From a virus, in the IMG/VR virus record IMGVR_UViG_3300022932_000014, positions 93,638 to 143,127 of that record: DNA of 49,490 bases; one strand, 5' to 3'. The first letter of the stretch is position 1; each line of letters starts with the position of its first letter. Of this stretch, positions 17,113 through 26,828 are shown in pieces. Under the pieces are notes generated by a model that did not search any database, was not told where the DNA came from, and was given only the letters and a program-made list of their open reading frames with translations. The translations under genes and the position numbers were made by a program.

Positions 17113-19221
17113 ATGGAAGATAAGAAGGTAGAAGAAAACAAAGAACAAATAATATTCTTAACTTATGATATTGAAACTTTTCTAAGTATCTTCTGTGTTG
17201 TATTTAAATACCAAGGAAGGTATAAAACATTCGAAATAAGCGAGAGAAAAGATCAATATGAAGAACTAATAGCTTTTCTAAAAGAAGGTGCTTTAAAACG
17301 CTGGTTTTTCGTCGGATTCAATAATTGCCGATTTGATGCACAAGTTCTTCAATGGTTAATGGAAGCTAAAGATTCATTTAAAAAATTGACAGGTAAAACT
17401 AAAGCAAAACATATCATGGAATTTGCTCAATCTGTTATTGAAAAAATAAATAGAAAGGAATTCCCTCCTTATCAAGAATCTAAATTATCTTGTCAACAAT
17501 TAGATTTATTTTTACAGAACCACTACAATAACCGAGCAAGATCAACCAGCTTAAAGTGGATCGAGTACTCCATGAACTGGAAAAAAGTTCAAGATTTACC
17601 TTATAAATTTGATGAAGTTCTTGAAATAGATAAATTTGACGATATTATTCTTTATTGTCATAATGACGTAGATGCAACAGAAGAATTTTTCAAGAAATCA
17701 GAAAAATTAGTTGAATTAAGATTTACTCAACAGATGGAGAATCCTCATCTAGAATTATTTAATAAATCAGATAGTAGTATTGGAGAAGCATTATTTTTAG
17801 ATTTGATGTCTGAGAAATTAGATATTGAAAAAAGTAAACTAAAGAAAATGCAAACTCGCCGTAAAACAATTGAATTAAAAGATATAATTCTTCCTTATAT
17901 TAAATTTGAAACACCTGAATTCAATTCTGTTTTAGACTTTTTTAAAGAACAAATTATTACCGAAGATACTAAAGATGCTTTTAAACATTTAATGATATTC
18001 GATGAAGGTGACTATTTCTATGGTTTAGGGGGACTCCATTTTGCAAGAGGAAATTCTATATTTAATTCAAATGAAAAAGAAATTGTACTTTCAATAGATT
18101 TTGCAAGTTTTTACCCAAATATCTCGATCAAAAATAGATTTTACCCAGAACATTTATCTGAAGCTTTTTGCGTATTATATGAAGAATTGTTTGAAAAACG
18201 TAAATTAATTCCTAAATCAAACCCTCAAAATACTGCAATTAAGTTACTTTTAAATGCGGCTTTTGGTAAAGGAGGCGATGAATACAGTTTTCTTTACGAT
18301 AAATTATTTCAAATGGCTATCACAGTAAATGGTCAGTTAATACTTTCAATGCTCTGTGAACAGCTCTCTAAAATAGAAGGTGTTAAGATTGTAATGGCAA
18401 ATACAGATGGTCTTGAATTAATTGTACCTAAAGATAAGAAAAGAGAAGTATATAATACCTGCGTATCAATTGAAAATCTAACTGAATTACAATTAGAATA
18501 TTCAGTTTATGATAAATTGTTTACCCGCGATATAAATAATTACCTGGGAATTGATACAAATGGTAAATTAAAAATGAAGGGTGCCTTTGAAATTGATGTA
18601 GAAATGCATAAAAATCGTAGTCAGAGAATTGTACAAATTGCAGTTATGAGATATTTTATCCACAATGTGCCAGTAGAAGAAACAGTTAAAAATCATTTAT
18701 CAGTAGGTAATTACGGTAAAATAGAGAATCAAGGAATATATGATTTTTGTATTGGTAAAAAGATACAAAGTAATCAAAATTATACATTAGAAGATAATCA
18801 GGAAAATATTATAAAAAACATCAATGATAAAGTAATTAGATTTTATGTTTCAAATAATGGTGATAATTTGCGAAAAAATTATAACGATGGTCGAAAAGAA
18901 ATAACTGTTGGTGGAAGTAAGATAACAATGTTCATGGATTATTATGATTCTAAAAATTATGAAATTGATTATGATTACTATATAAATCAAGCATTTAGAA
19001 TTATTCATAGTGTGGATGGAACAGAGGAAAGATTAGAAGCTGAAAGGAAAGCCTTAATTGAACAGAAGAAAAAAGAAAGAGAAGAAGAAAATTATATTAA
19101 ATTCTGTATAGATAAAATTCCAACTCAGCTTCAATATTCAAATTATAATAGAGAATGGTTGCAAGAGAAATACGGAATCCCTGCGGAAATAAAACCTTCT
19201 AAAACAAAAATTAAAGAATGA
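17113..19221 (+). CDS. polB: family B DNA polymerase with 3'-5' exonuclease
   Basis: ExoI YDIET, ExoII GFNN..FD, ExoIII YCHNDV; Pol A DFASFYP, Pol B KLLLNAAFGK, Pol C NTDG; KGAF. Confidence 0.93.
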   Translation: MEDKKVEENKEQIIFLTYDIETFLSIFCVVFKYQGRYKTFEISERKDQYEELIAFLKEGALKRWFFVGFNNCRFDAQVLQWLMEAKDSFKKLTGKTKAKHIMEFAQSVIEKINRKEFPPYQESKLSCQQLDLFLQNHYNNRARSTSLKWIEYSMNWKKVQDLPYKFDEVLEIDKFDDIILYCHNDVDATEEFFKKSEKLVELRFTQQMENPHLELFNKSDSSIGEALFLDLMSEKLDIEKSKLKKMQTRRKTIELKDIILPYIKFETPEFNSVLDFFKEQIITEDTKDAFKHLMIFDEGDYFYGLGGLHFARGNSIFNSNEKEIVLSIDFASFYPNISIKNRFYPEHLSEAFCVLYEELFEKRKLIPKSNPQNTAIKLLLNAAFGKGGDEYSFLYDKLFQMAITVNGQLILSMLCEQLSKIEGVKIVMANTDGLELIVPKDKKREVYNTCVSIENLTELQLEYSVYDKLFTRDINNYLGIDTNGKLKMKGAFEIDVEMHKNRSQRIVQIAVMRYFIHNVPVEETVKNHLSVGNYGKIENQGIYDFCIGKKIQSNQNYTLEDNQENIIKNINDKVIRFYVSNNGDNLRKNYNDGRKEITVGGSKITMFMDYYDSKNYEIDYDYYINQAFRIIHSVDGTEERLEAERKALIEQKKKEREEENYIKFCIDKIPTQLQYSNYNREWLQEKYGIPAEIKPSKTKIKE

Positions 19222-19925
19222 TAACAAACGAACAAAAACAAGTAATGTTAAGTGGAATTTTAGGAGATGGTCACTTAATTAAAAATGGGGGAGGAGCAAT
19301 GAGTTTTTCTTGTCAACATAAAGAGTATATGGAATTTAAAAAATCTCTTTTAGGGGACTTAGCTACTGATGTAAAAGTAGTGAATAATAATGGTTACAAA
19401 AAAGGTACAATATATACTTTGAGATGTAAATCAAACCAATATGGTAAGTTTTTACTTAAATGCGGATTTGATGATATAATGGAAGAAATGGATGATTTAG
19501 GTATCGGAATGTGGTTGGTAGATGATGGTAGCCGTCATAAAAAAGATAACTTTTATAATATTAATACACACGCTATTGATAGAAATATAGAAGAAGAGAT
19601 TTTAATTCCCCACTTGAATAAAAGAAACATATTTCCTAAAGTTTTAACCGAGACTAAAAAAGATGGTAGAATTTTCTCTTATCTTTATATTTCAAAATGG
19701 CAAGGTGCCATGGAGTTATCTAGAATGATACGTAATTTAAATTTAAAATGTTATGATTATAAAGTAGCACCCATTGAATTAGAAGAGGCTTATTTTTTAT
19801 ATAAAGATTTAGAAGAGTTCAAATCTAAAACCACACAAGGTAAGACTAATTTCATAAAAAAGTATTTAAATATAGGATATAAAGATTTCATGCATAAGAA
19901 CATTACTAGTATAGATAAGAAATAA
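19218..19925 (+). CDS. LAGLIDADG homing endonuclease (double motif)
   Basis: MLSGILGDGHL and GIGMWLVDDGS; ATGA-coupled to polB. Confidence 0.85.
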   Translation: MITNEQKQVMLSGILGDGHLIKNGGGAMSFSCQHKEYMEFKKSLLGDLATDVKVVNNNGYKKGTIYTLRCKSNQYGKFLLKCGFDDIMEEMDDLGIGMWLVDDGSRHKKDNFYNINTHAIDRNIEEEILIPHLNKRNIFPKVLTETKKDGRIFSYLYISKWQGAMELSRMIRNLNLKCYDYKVAPIELEEAYFLYKDLEEFKSKTTQGKTNFIKKYLNIGYKDFMHKNITSIDKK

Positions 19926-19937
19926 ATCCTTCTTTAC

Positions 19938-19968
19938 TTGCACAGTAAATTAATATCATTTATATTTG
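19938..19968 (+). promoter_or_regulatory. promoter
   Basis: TTG 19938-19940, 20-nt spacer, TATATTTG 19961-19968. Confidence 0.75.
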
Positions 19969-19980
19969 CATTAAAATTAA

Positions 19981-20009
19981 CTGTTTTTTCACTCTTTTTG
20001 CGCGAAAAA
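19981..20009 (+). repeat. representative copy of the dispersed YTGTTTT-N-TTTT-[GC]5-6-AAA motif
   Basis: CTGTTTTTTCACTCTTTTTGCGCGAAAAA; more than 20 similar copies in both orientations (see findings). Confidence 0.8.
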
Positions 20010-20028
20010 CTAATAAAATAACATCAAA

Positions 20029-20439
20029 ATGAAAGAATTAGAAAACAAAATTAGAGAAGTTTTACCAAGATTACAAGAAGTGAAAAGAGGCCAAAGATTC
20101 CTGTCCCCTTATTATGGTATTATCACTGCAACAAATATCACAGATCACGGAAACAATAAATACTCTGTGTACGGTTTTGACGAAGATCAAGGGCTTCCTA
20201 GAGATAATTATTATCCAAAAGACTTAGAATTATTAGGTTTTGAGATTAAATTAAATGATGTTTTAGAGTTCTTAAATATATTTTTTATTACAGATCAAAG
20301 TGCTTCCAATGTAGTTAAATTATTTAATGGTTCAGAAAAAGCCAAAATCAAGAAGACCCTGATTGATAACTGGGATTTATCTTCTATTCTACTTAGAGAT
20401 CAAAGTAATAGTATTAAAGACTTATTAAATAGTTTCTAG
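20029..20439 (+). CDS. hypothetical protein
   Basis: first ORF after promoter. Confidence 0.75.
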   Translation: MKELENKIREVLPRLQEVKRGQRFLSPYYGIITATNITDHGNNKYSVYGFDEDQGLPRDNYYPKDLELLGFEIKLNDVLEFLNIFFITDQSASNVVKLFNGSEKAKIKKTLIDNWDLSSILLRDQSNSIKDLLNSF

Positions 20440-20442
20440 ATC

Positions 20443-20718
20443 ATGAAAGAAAAAATAGAACAAAGATTAGCTGGCTACAAAGAAGAAAAAGAAGCTTGGG
20501 TAACTAAACAAAAACAATATCGTTGGTCAGCTAAAGAAAAAGAAGAGGGCTCTACTACTTATGGTTATTATCAGGAACAGGAAGTTATGTATACTAATAA
20601 GATAGTGGAGTTGGAGTGGGTTTTAGAACTGTTTTCTAACTCTTTTTCCGCGAAACCTCAATTTAATGCGCCAAATAAGGACGGAGTATATAAAAGAAAT
20701 GATTCATTTGATATGTAA
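20443..20718 (+). CDS. hypothetical protein
   Basis: ORF. Confidence 0.7.
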   Translation: MKEKIEQRLAGYKEEKEAWVTKQKQYRWSAKEKEEGSTTYGYYQEQEVMYTNKIVELEWVLELFSNSFSAKPQFNAPNKDGVYKRNDSFDM

Positions 20719-20721
20719 ATT

Positions 20722-20970
20722 ATGAAAGAGCTAATTGAAAATTGGTGTAAGAGAAATCACCTTAGAAATTTAAAATTTACAGATAACAAAAAATTTGCAA
20801 TTGTAGATGGAGACTCTACAAATTTATTAATTTTAATAAAAGACAAAGACTGGCAAAAACCTAATGAAGAGGATGAAAATCTTATTTATAGAAAAGCTTA
20901 CAGAACTGGTAAAAGGCAAATATGGTATGTTGAATTAAAGGATGGAGAATTAGAGTGGTCATTATTTTAA
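20722..20970 (+). CDS. hypothetical protein
   Basis: ORF. Confidence 0.7.
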   Translation: MKELIENWCKRNHLRNLKFTDNKKFAIVDGDSTNLLILIKDKDWQKPNEEDENLIYRKAYRTGKRQIWYVELKDGELEWSLF

Positions 20971-20980
20971 AATAAAAGAT

Positions 20981-21154
20981 ATGAAAGTAGATAGTATTAT
21001 TTCGAATTGGTTGAAGAAAAATAGAGAGTTAAAAAAGAAATGTTTACATGATACTTGTAGATCTTGTAATGGAAAAGGTATAAAAGAAAACGGGTCAGAG
21101 TGTTTTCATTTTATTAGTTGCCCTTGTAGCAAATGTTCACCAAGTTATTTTTAA
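20981..21154 (+). CDS. small Cys-rich protein (57 aa)
   Basis: read by hand: CLHDTCRSCNGKG..CFHFISCPCSKC. Confidence 0.65.
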   Translation: MKVDSIISNWLKKNRELKKKCLHDTCRSCNGKGIKENGSECFHFISCPCSKCSPSYF

Positions 21155-21157
21155 ATT

Positions 21158-21469
21158 ATGAAATACGTTGAAAGCTATTGGGCAGAAGAATTACCAAACG
21201 GAGTTATTCATTTATTAATCAACTGCACACAAAGAGAAATATATTATCATGCTTTTATGGATAATGAGTTTTTAATTGCGGGGACTAAGAAAGAATATGA
21301 TAAATGGACATCTGAATTTATACTTAAAACAGAAAAGTTTCTACCTAATAATAAAGACGTTATTTATAACATGAGTAGTATGAAGGAAAAAGACCAGCTG
21401 AGTTTTTTCTGGATACCTTTTGAACGTGGGAAATTTAAAAATAGAAAAATTTTAATTAGTAGTAAATAA
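21158..21469 (+). CDS. hypothetical protein
   Basis: ORF. Confidence 0.7.
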   Translation: MKYVESYWAEELPNGVIHLLINCTQREIYYHAFMDNEFLIAGTKKEYDKWTSEFILKTEKFLPNNKDVIYNMSSMKEKDQLSFFWIPFERGKFKNRKILISSK

Positions 21470-21477
21470 TAAAAATT

Positions 21478-21630
21478 ATGTGGGCAAATATATCCGTTTT
21501 TAACTATGACAGTTTTGTAGGCTCTTTTTACGAGCACAGAGATTACCTCCTAACAAAACAAGACATTGTAAAAGCTATAAATAAAGAGTATGGAGAAGGT
21601 AATTGGAACCGTTGGTCTTTAGAATATTAA
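21478..21630 (+). CDS. hypothetical protein (50 aa)
   Basis: read by hand: MWANISVFNY... Confidence 0.5.
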   Translation: MWANISVFNYDSFVGSFYEHRDYLLTKQDIVKAINKEYGEGNWNRWSLEY

Positions 21631-21649
21631 TTAAAACTATAAATAGATA

Positions 21650-21919
21650 ATGGGGATGTTCGATAGTATAATGTTAAGTATAAAATGCCCTTATTGTGAT
21701 AAGGAAACTATAAGAGAGTGTCAGACTAAGAATTTAGATTGTATCTTAAAAATATATAATGAAGGAGATGTAGTTAAAACTGATGAAAAATGGCTTTTTG
21801 CTATTACTGATTGTAAATCTAGTCAATGTGATAGAAGCAATAGAGGAGTGGGGGAGTTTTTTGATTTAAAAATCCGTGTAAAAAATAATAAAATAACAGG
21901 TAAATATAAAATACTATGA
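21650..21919 (+). CDS. putative Zn-ribbon protein
   Basis: MGMFD..CPYC..QTK..C, second CxxxxC. Confidence 0.75.
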   Translation: MGMFDSIMLSIKCPYCDKETIRECQTKNLDCILKIYNEGDVVKTDEKWLFAITDCKSSQCDRSNRGVGEFFDLKIRVKNNKITGKYKIL

Positions 21920-22179
21920 AAGCACTAGACATCTTTTTCCTAACACACGGATTTAACCAAGAGGACTATGTAATTTCTAATTATGATAACACTTGTATTC
22001 GTAATAAAGACTTATTCAAAGCTGGGTATGAAGCTAAAAATGAATTAATTCAGAAACGTATTGACGAGATAACAGCAGAAATAAAAGAGTTATCAGATAG
22101 TTCTATGAAGACAAGTTTTAAACTAACTGCTTTACGCGCCGTGAAAAAAGAACTAAAAAGTTTGTTAGTCTCAGAATAA
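21916..22179 (+). CDS. hypothetical protein
   Basis: ATGA overlap. Confidence 0.7.
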   Translation: MKALDIFFLTHGFNQEDYVISNYDNTCIRNKDLFKAGYEAKNELIQKRIDEITAEIKELSDSSMKTSFKLTALRAVKKELKSLLVSE

Positions 22180-22192
22180 ATACGTAAGTTTA
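22161..22192 (+). promoter_or_regulatory. promoter (variant -7)
   Basis: TTTG 22161-22164, 20-nt spacer, TAAGTTTA 22185-22192. Confidence 0.6.
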
Positions 22193-22207
22193 CAAAAAAT
22201 AAATGAT

Positions 22208-22450
22208 ATGAAAATAAAAGCTTATACAGAAGGGCTAGATATGAAACAGTTTAAACACATTCCTTCAATTAGTGTTTATAACCAGAACTATTATAATGGA
22301 TTTAATAAAGATCTTTTATTTGCTTCGAGTGACGACGATGATACAACAGAATGGTTTTTAGTTGAGTACACTGAATTTAGGTATTTAGGTAATTCTTATA
22401 CTTCTCAAAATGACATTTTAAATTTAATCCATGAAAGCTGTAGAAACTAA
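22208..22450 (+). CDS. hypothetical protein
   Basis: ORF. Confidence 0.7.
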   Translation: MKIKAYTEGLDMKQFKHIPSISVYNQNYYNGFNKDLLFASSDDDDTTEWFLVEYTEFRYLGNSYTSQNDILNLIHESCRN

Positions 22451-22451
22451 T

Positions 22452-22736
22452 ATGAAACTATATTTTAGAAATGAAGATTCAACTAATGTAGAAACTATAG
22501 AAGATATTCTGCATGATGCTAGACTGGATGAATTAATAGAGGTTTCCGTTTTAGAAGCGGATTTGGATAATGGTACATCAGAGTACATTTGGTGTCAATT
22601 ATATGATTGTGTTGAAAGATCTAATTGTAAAAAATCTTTATGCTCTTCTTATGAATCAACATCTGGCAGAGGAAAATGCAAAAACAAAGGTAATTTATAT
22701 TTTCATGGAAATGAAGTAATATTTAAAGTAGGATAA
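22452..22736 (+). CDS. Cys-rich hypothetical protein
   Basis: ORF track 22431-22736; ATG 22452 (MKLYF) plausible; five Cys in C-terminal half. Confidence 0.7.
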   Translation: MKLYFRNEDSTNVETIEDILHDARLDELIEVSVLEADLDNGTSEYIWCQLYDCVERSNCKKSLCSSYESTSGRGKCKNKGNLYFHGNEVIFKVG

Positions 22737-22738
22737 TT

Positions 22739-23011
22739 ATGGCTTTAGGAACACAATTCTCACCAATACTAGAAGAAATAGCAGACGCTCTTTTAGAAAA
22801 TTACGAAAGAAAACCTGAATTCACTTTAGAAGGATTCAAGGCTGCACTCTATATCTTTCAATCTGCTTTGATGGATAAAATGTATACTCTTCAAACAAAT
22901 GAAGACATTCCAAATGAAATTAAAATGGATATGGCTTTGAAGCTTGGAGGAGATTTAAGAGAATTGATTAAAACATATTGTAATATTGATACTCATGAAC
23001 TATACAGTTAA
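22739..23011 (+). CDS. hypothetical protein
   Basis: ORF. Confidence 0.75.
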   Translation: MALGTQFSPILEEIADALLENYERKPEFTLEGFKAALYIFQSALMDKMYTLQTNEDIPNEIKMDMALKLGGDLRELIKTYCNIDTHELYS

Positions 23012-23156
23012 TTGGATATTATTTGCTTTGTTTTTAATTCTTTTCGCGGAAAATAGATTAAGACCCAGGCTATTCAAAACTATATATGGTGATTGGATAA
23101 TCTGGTTTACTTGGCGCGGTAAAAGGAAATTTTATATAATTTTTAAAGCTTAATTT

Positions 23157-23447
23157 ATGAAAACAATTGAATTAAACATAGATTGGACAGAAAGTATGCA
23201 ATTTATAGAACAACAGGAAACTGTTTTCTTAGATGATGGTAGTACAGCGGAAATTTCTATTTTTGCCGAGGTTACTATTTACGATAATGTTCCAATATCA
23301 TTTTACGATGAAAGGCAACAATCTGTAAAAGTAGAAAATTTAGAAATAGAGATTTTGGAACTATGGGATAAAATTGGTGAAAAAATCACATTAGATGATT
23401 CGGCGGAAAAAGAATTAAAACAGCAAATTTTAGAAAACATACAATAA
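23157..23447 (+). CDS. hypothetical acidic protein
   Basis: ORF. Confidence 0.7.
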   Translation: MKTIELNIDWTESMQFIEQQETVFLDDGSTAEISIFAEVTIYDNVPISFYDERQQSVKVENLEIEILELWDKIGEKITLDDSAEKELKQQILENIQ

Positions 23448-23938
23448 TGAAAGGAACTTGTTATAGAGCAGTGGAAAACCAAGATGGTACAATACAACTG
23501 CATGATTTATATATTGATAATGGAACACACTATACTAAACCTTGCTTAGTTTTCACCAAATCTGAGTTTGAAGGTACTTGGGATAATGAAGAGTACTTGA
23601 TTAAGTTTTTTCGCGGAATAAAAAAGAATAAGAAAAAATATATTAAAGAACTAAAACAATTTTGTAAGAGCGAAGACTTTAATTATGGAATTACTTTAAG
23701 AGAGTTGCTAGATATTTATTCAGATAGTAAGAAACTAAATTTTTGGACTAAGAAAGAAAAGGCAATTCTAGAGCATCAAAAACCTAATTTCCATCAATAT
23801 TTAATATCTGTTGGAAGAAGTTTAAACAACTATAGTTATGACCCAATAAAAGTCTTAAATAATGTCCATTATTTTGCCGATTGCTATATTAAGAATATTA
23901 AAGTAAAGGATGCACTTGATAATTTTAGTAAAGTATGA
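23447..23938 (+). CDS. hypothetical protein
   Basis: TAATG overlap. Confidence 0.75.
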   Translation: MKGTCYRAVENQDGTIQLHDLYIDNGTHYTKPCLVFTKSEFEGTWDNEEYLIKFFRGIKKNKKKYIKELKQFCKSEDFNYGITLRELLDIYSDSKKLNFWTKKEKAILEHQKPNFHQYLISVGRSLNNYSYDPIKVLNNVHYFADCYIKNIKVKDALDNFSKV

Positions 23939-24120
23939 GAAATTACTGTAAGAATTGTAAAAATATGGTAGTAATGCACGCTTTTTCTTTTGGGAATTGT
24001 TATAGTTGTCGAGAAGAAATAAGTACACCTCACATTCCAGTTGAAAGGTTATGTTTAAAATGTTCAGAAGAAACAGGATTATGTCAAAGTTGTGGAAATA
24101 AAATAGAAGCAGATGAATAA
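23935..24120 (+). CDS. small Zn-finger protein
   Basis: four CxxC pairs. Confidence 0.75.
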   Translation: MRNYCKNCKNMVVMHAFSFGNCYSCREEISTPHIPVERLCLKCSEETGLCQSCGNKIEADE

Positions 24121-24352
24121 CGACGAAAGATTAGATAAGATTTTGGAAGCTGAGAATACTGTCCTTAAATACCAAGAAAATAATAAATCATTAAAAATTC
24201 CAGACATAAGAAATAAACTATCTCCTATTACTAATATGATTGCTTTATTTGAAAGAGGAGAATATGCTTATATAAAGAATAAAAGTTTGGATGAAGTTAA
24301 AAAGAGTATTAACTATTTAGCACAACGAGAAGTTTATGAAAATATTAAATAA
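24113..24352 (+). CDS. hypothetical protein
   Basis: ORF. Confidence 0.7.
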   Translation: MNNDERLDKILEAENTVLKYQENNKSLKIPDIRNKLSPITNMIALFERGEYAYIKNKSLDEVKKSINYLAQREVYENIK

Positions 24353-24665
24353 AGAGGAATTTTTTAAACTCCCACAAGGAACAGTCTACTCAGAATACGA
24401 TCCGTTAACTTTTCACAGTTTATTCATAAAAGGAGAGCAATTAACAGTTGATTACATAGAGTTAGATTTAGTAGGGAATATTGAGTATAATAATTCAGAT
24501 GAGTATTGTGAAATACTAGAAGAAGCCAAAGAGACTGGAAAATCATTTAAATTAGACTTTGAAAATTATGGAAGAAATGGTATGTATTCAGATGATCAAC
24601 TTTATGCTGTATATGAAAAAGAAGATATTGAAGGACTTATAAATACTTTAAAAGCTTGTTTATAG
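24336..24665 (+). CDS. hypothetical protein
   Basis: LPQGTVYS..R.G...DQLYAVYEKEDI pattern typical of phage hypotheticals. Confidence 0.75.
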   Translation: MKILNKEEFFKLPQGTVYSEYDPLTFHSLFIKGEQLTVDYIELDLVGNIEYNNSDEYCEILEEAKETGKSFKLDFENYGRNGMYSDDQLYAVYEKEDIEGLINTLKACL

Positions 24666-24666
24666 T

Positions 24667-25581
24667 ATGAGTTATTTAGATGAAATAAGTTTTCAGTTTT
24701 TTCCCGCCAACATATGGAAAGCAACTCCTCTGGGTCAACTTACTTTAAGACAGTTTTTAGATGTTCACAGGCAACCAAAAGACTCTACAGTACAAGTTAT
24801 TGAGCAGATTAAAATCGCCGCTAAAAACAATGATTTGAAACTTAAAGATAGTTTAAAACAAAATAATCTTTATTCTTTTGTACCTTCAGTTATACTAGAT
24901 GGTAATGGAAGAGGTCTTGCAAATATTGTTGATTACAATCCTATAATGTTGTGCGAATTTGATAAAATAGATAACGCTTTAGAACTAAAAGAACGGCTGT
25001 TTAATAATTTAAAATCTGTTATTGCTGCCTGGATAAGTCCAAGTGGACGAGGATTAAAGCTATTAATTAGGATTAGGAAACCTACAAGTGTAGAAACTTA
25101 TAAGGAATATTTTTGTGGGCTCGCATATTATCTATCTCAATATGAAGGATTTGATGGAGTCAACTTTAATATTGTCCTACCTCAATTTTTGTCGTATGAT
25201 TATGATATCTTAGTGAGAGAGGATGCAGAAGAATGGATACAACGTGGAAATAAAATTAATTTCTTTGATGTAAATGCGCCAATTGATTTTGATGTACCCA
25301 CAGATATAGATGAAGAACTAGAACAGGAAGTTGTAAAAAGCATACATTTTTTAATAGATCGAATTGAAGACAATGCCCATCCTACACTTTTGGGCATCTC
25401 ATTTTTGATTGGAGGATGGTCGGCTGCAAATTATATAGGGGAAGAATTAGCTTATGATACAATGATAGAGGCAGTTGAAGGTAATGCATATATGAGTAAA
25501 AATACACGAGGATATTGTGCAACGGCCAAACAAATGTTTTTAAAAGGATTAAATCATCCAGCAGAATATAAAAACAAATGA
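24667..25581 (+). CDS. BT4734-like / VirE N-terminal domain protein (putative primase-related)
   Basis: LK....PS, CEFDKI, WISPSGRGLKLLI, FLSYD motifs. Confidence 0.75.
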   Translation: MSYLDEISFQFFPANIWKATPLGQLTLRQFLDVHRQPKDSTVQVIEQIKIAAKNNDLKLKDSLKQNNLYSFVPSVILDGNGRGLANIVDYNPIMLCEFDKIDNALELKERLFNNLKSVIAAWISPSGRGLKLLIRIRKPTSVETYKEYFCGLAYYLSQYEGFDGVNFNIVLPQFLSYDYDILVREDAEEWIQRGNKINFFDVNAPIDFDVPTDIDEELEQEVVKSIHFLIDRIEDNAHPTLLGISFLIGGWSAANYIGEELAYDTMIEAVEGNAYMSKNTRGYCATAKQMFLKGLNHPAEYKNK

Positions 25582-25715
25582 TAAAAAAAGATTTTAAACA
25601 GAAGTATTTTCTTTATTGTCGAGATTGTACAGAACCTCTAATAAGAAAAGTTGAAGAGCAAATTCCGCGGGAAAAGAAAATTGAAATAAAAGATTATGAT
25701 AAAACTACTAAATAA
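25578..25715 (+). CDS. hypothetical protein (45 aa)
   Basis: read by hand; CxxC. Confidence 0.4.
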   Translation: MIKKDFKQKYFLYCRDCTEPLIRKVEEQIPREKKIEIKDYDKTTK

Positions 25716-25944
25716 CAAAACGATTAAATTTTATTTATCAGTAATGCTAAGTGTATTAAAACTATTATACTTAGATGTGCTACTGTTTTTATTTTTAAGT
25801 TTTTTTGGCGCATTTTCCACTAGGCCTTATATAGAATTTGTAAAACAGTATTGGATAAATGATGTTCAACTTCTATATTTCTGGATGAGTTTTGCGTTTA
25901 GTTTATTAGTGAATTATGTTTACTTAAAATCAGAATTAAAATGA
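25696..25944 (+). CDS. membrane protein
   Basis: two hydrophobic segments. Confidence 0.65.
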   Translation: MIKLLNNKTIKFYLSVMLSVLKLLYLDVLLFLFLSFFGAFSTRPYIEFVKQYWINDVQLLYFWMSFAFSLLVNYVYLKSELK

Positions 25945-26066
25945 AAAATAAATTATTGGATTGTATAGTAGATGTGGCTTTAGTCTGTGGAATTGTTTAC
26001 TTAGCTTCTACAGGTAAAGAAGGCTGGGGATGGCTTGTATTAATATTCATTCTTAAAAATTGCTAA
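25941..26066 (+). CDS. small membrane protein (41 aa)
   Basis: read by hand: ...GIVYLASTGKEGWGWLVLIFIL. Confidence 0.6.
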   Translation: MKNKLLDCIVDVALVCGIVYLASTGKEGWGWLVLIFILKNC

Positions 26067-26067
26067 T

Positions 26068-26274
26068 ATGACAAACGAAGAATTATACGCCACTTACATG
26101 CTAGGATTTACAGATGAATTAGATGGAAAGGAGGATATTAAATTTTATTTAAGTGATCACCCACTGAAATCTCCAGCTTATAAGTTAGGCCGTTCGCATG
26201 CTGTCATTGGAGATGATTGCAGAAGTGTAGATTACTTATCCAGAGAAGAAATAATTAAAATGATAAGACAATGA
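26068..26274 (+). CDS. hypothetical protein
   Basis: ORF. Confidence 0.75.
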   Translation: MTNEELYATYMLGFTDELDGKEDIKFYLSDHPLKSPAYKLGRSHAVIGDDCRSVDYLSREEIIKMIRQ

Positions 26275-26825
26275 CATTAAGAGAGGAATTTGAAGATTAC
26301 ATAACTAGTTGGAATAAGCTTTCTGTAGAAACTCTATTTGCGAGTAATAAAGAATATATTAAATAGCTTGAAGATAAATATAATAATTATGAATGCGATT
26401 GTAGCGATAAGTCTCTAGAAGATTACGATGAGTCTGAAATAGTTGATCATTTAAAAAGCGAGAAGTTTGATTTTATAGAAGAAGTGGAGGATCATGAAAT
26501 GATTGAATATTTAGAGTCTACAGGTCACACAATCGTTCATGGAAATTATATTCCTAAAGATGAAGAATTTGTAGACCATAATGATTTGAGCAAATTAGAT
26601 GAAATAAGAACTAAGTTTTTAAACTCTAGTTGGGCGGAAAGAGAAAAAATTTATAATAAAGTAATAAAAGATGAGGGTAGAAAATTAGATGAATTTAGTA
26701 ATTTTGACCTCTTTTACCATTTAGACGACACAGGTTTTGATTTTCTAGATAATATTGATAGTCAAGAAATTATAAGTCATTTAAATGCAGTAGGTTATTA
26801 CGTAATAGAATCTAGTAAATACTAA
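26271..26825 (+). pseudogene. hypothetical protein interrupted by in-frame TAG at 26364-26366
   Basis: ATGA-coupled start 26271; MTLREEFE...EYIK*LEDKY... continues in frame into the 26484-26825 ORF. Confidence 0.65.
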
Positions 26826-26828
26826 ATT

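Noticed and set aside
1828-19925. Introns or inteins in nrdA, nrdB, helicase or polB
   Set aside because: All are contiguous and of normal length, with no intein C/S...HN boundaries; the LAGLIDADG gene lies after the polB stop.
14883-20445. Genome-wide TAG (or TGA) stop-codon reassignment, suggested by TAG stops followed in frame by ATG (14883, 15979, 20437)
   Set aside because: TAA stops show the same in-frame adjacency (882/886, 4818/4819, 20718/20722, 26825/26829). The long genes are uninterrupted under the standard code, and TGA is used in many ATGA overlaps.
26484-26825. GTG-started 113-aa gene as given by the ORF track
   Set aside because: Better explained as the 3' part of the gene starting at 26271; otherwise about 210 bp of protein-like sequence is left unexplained.
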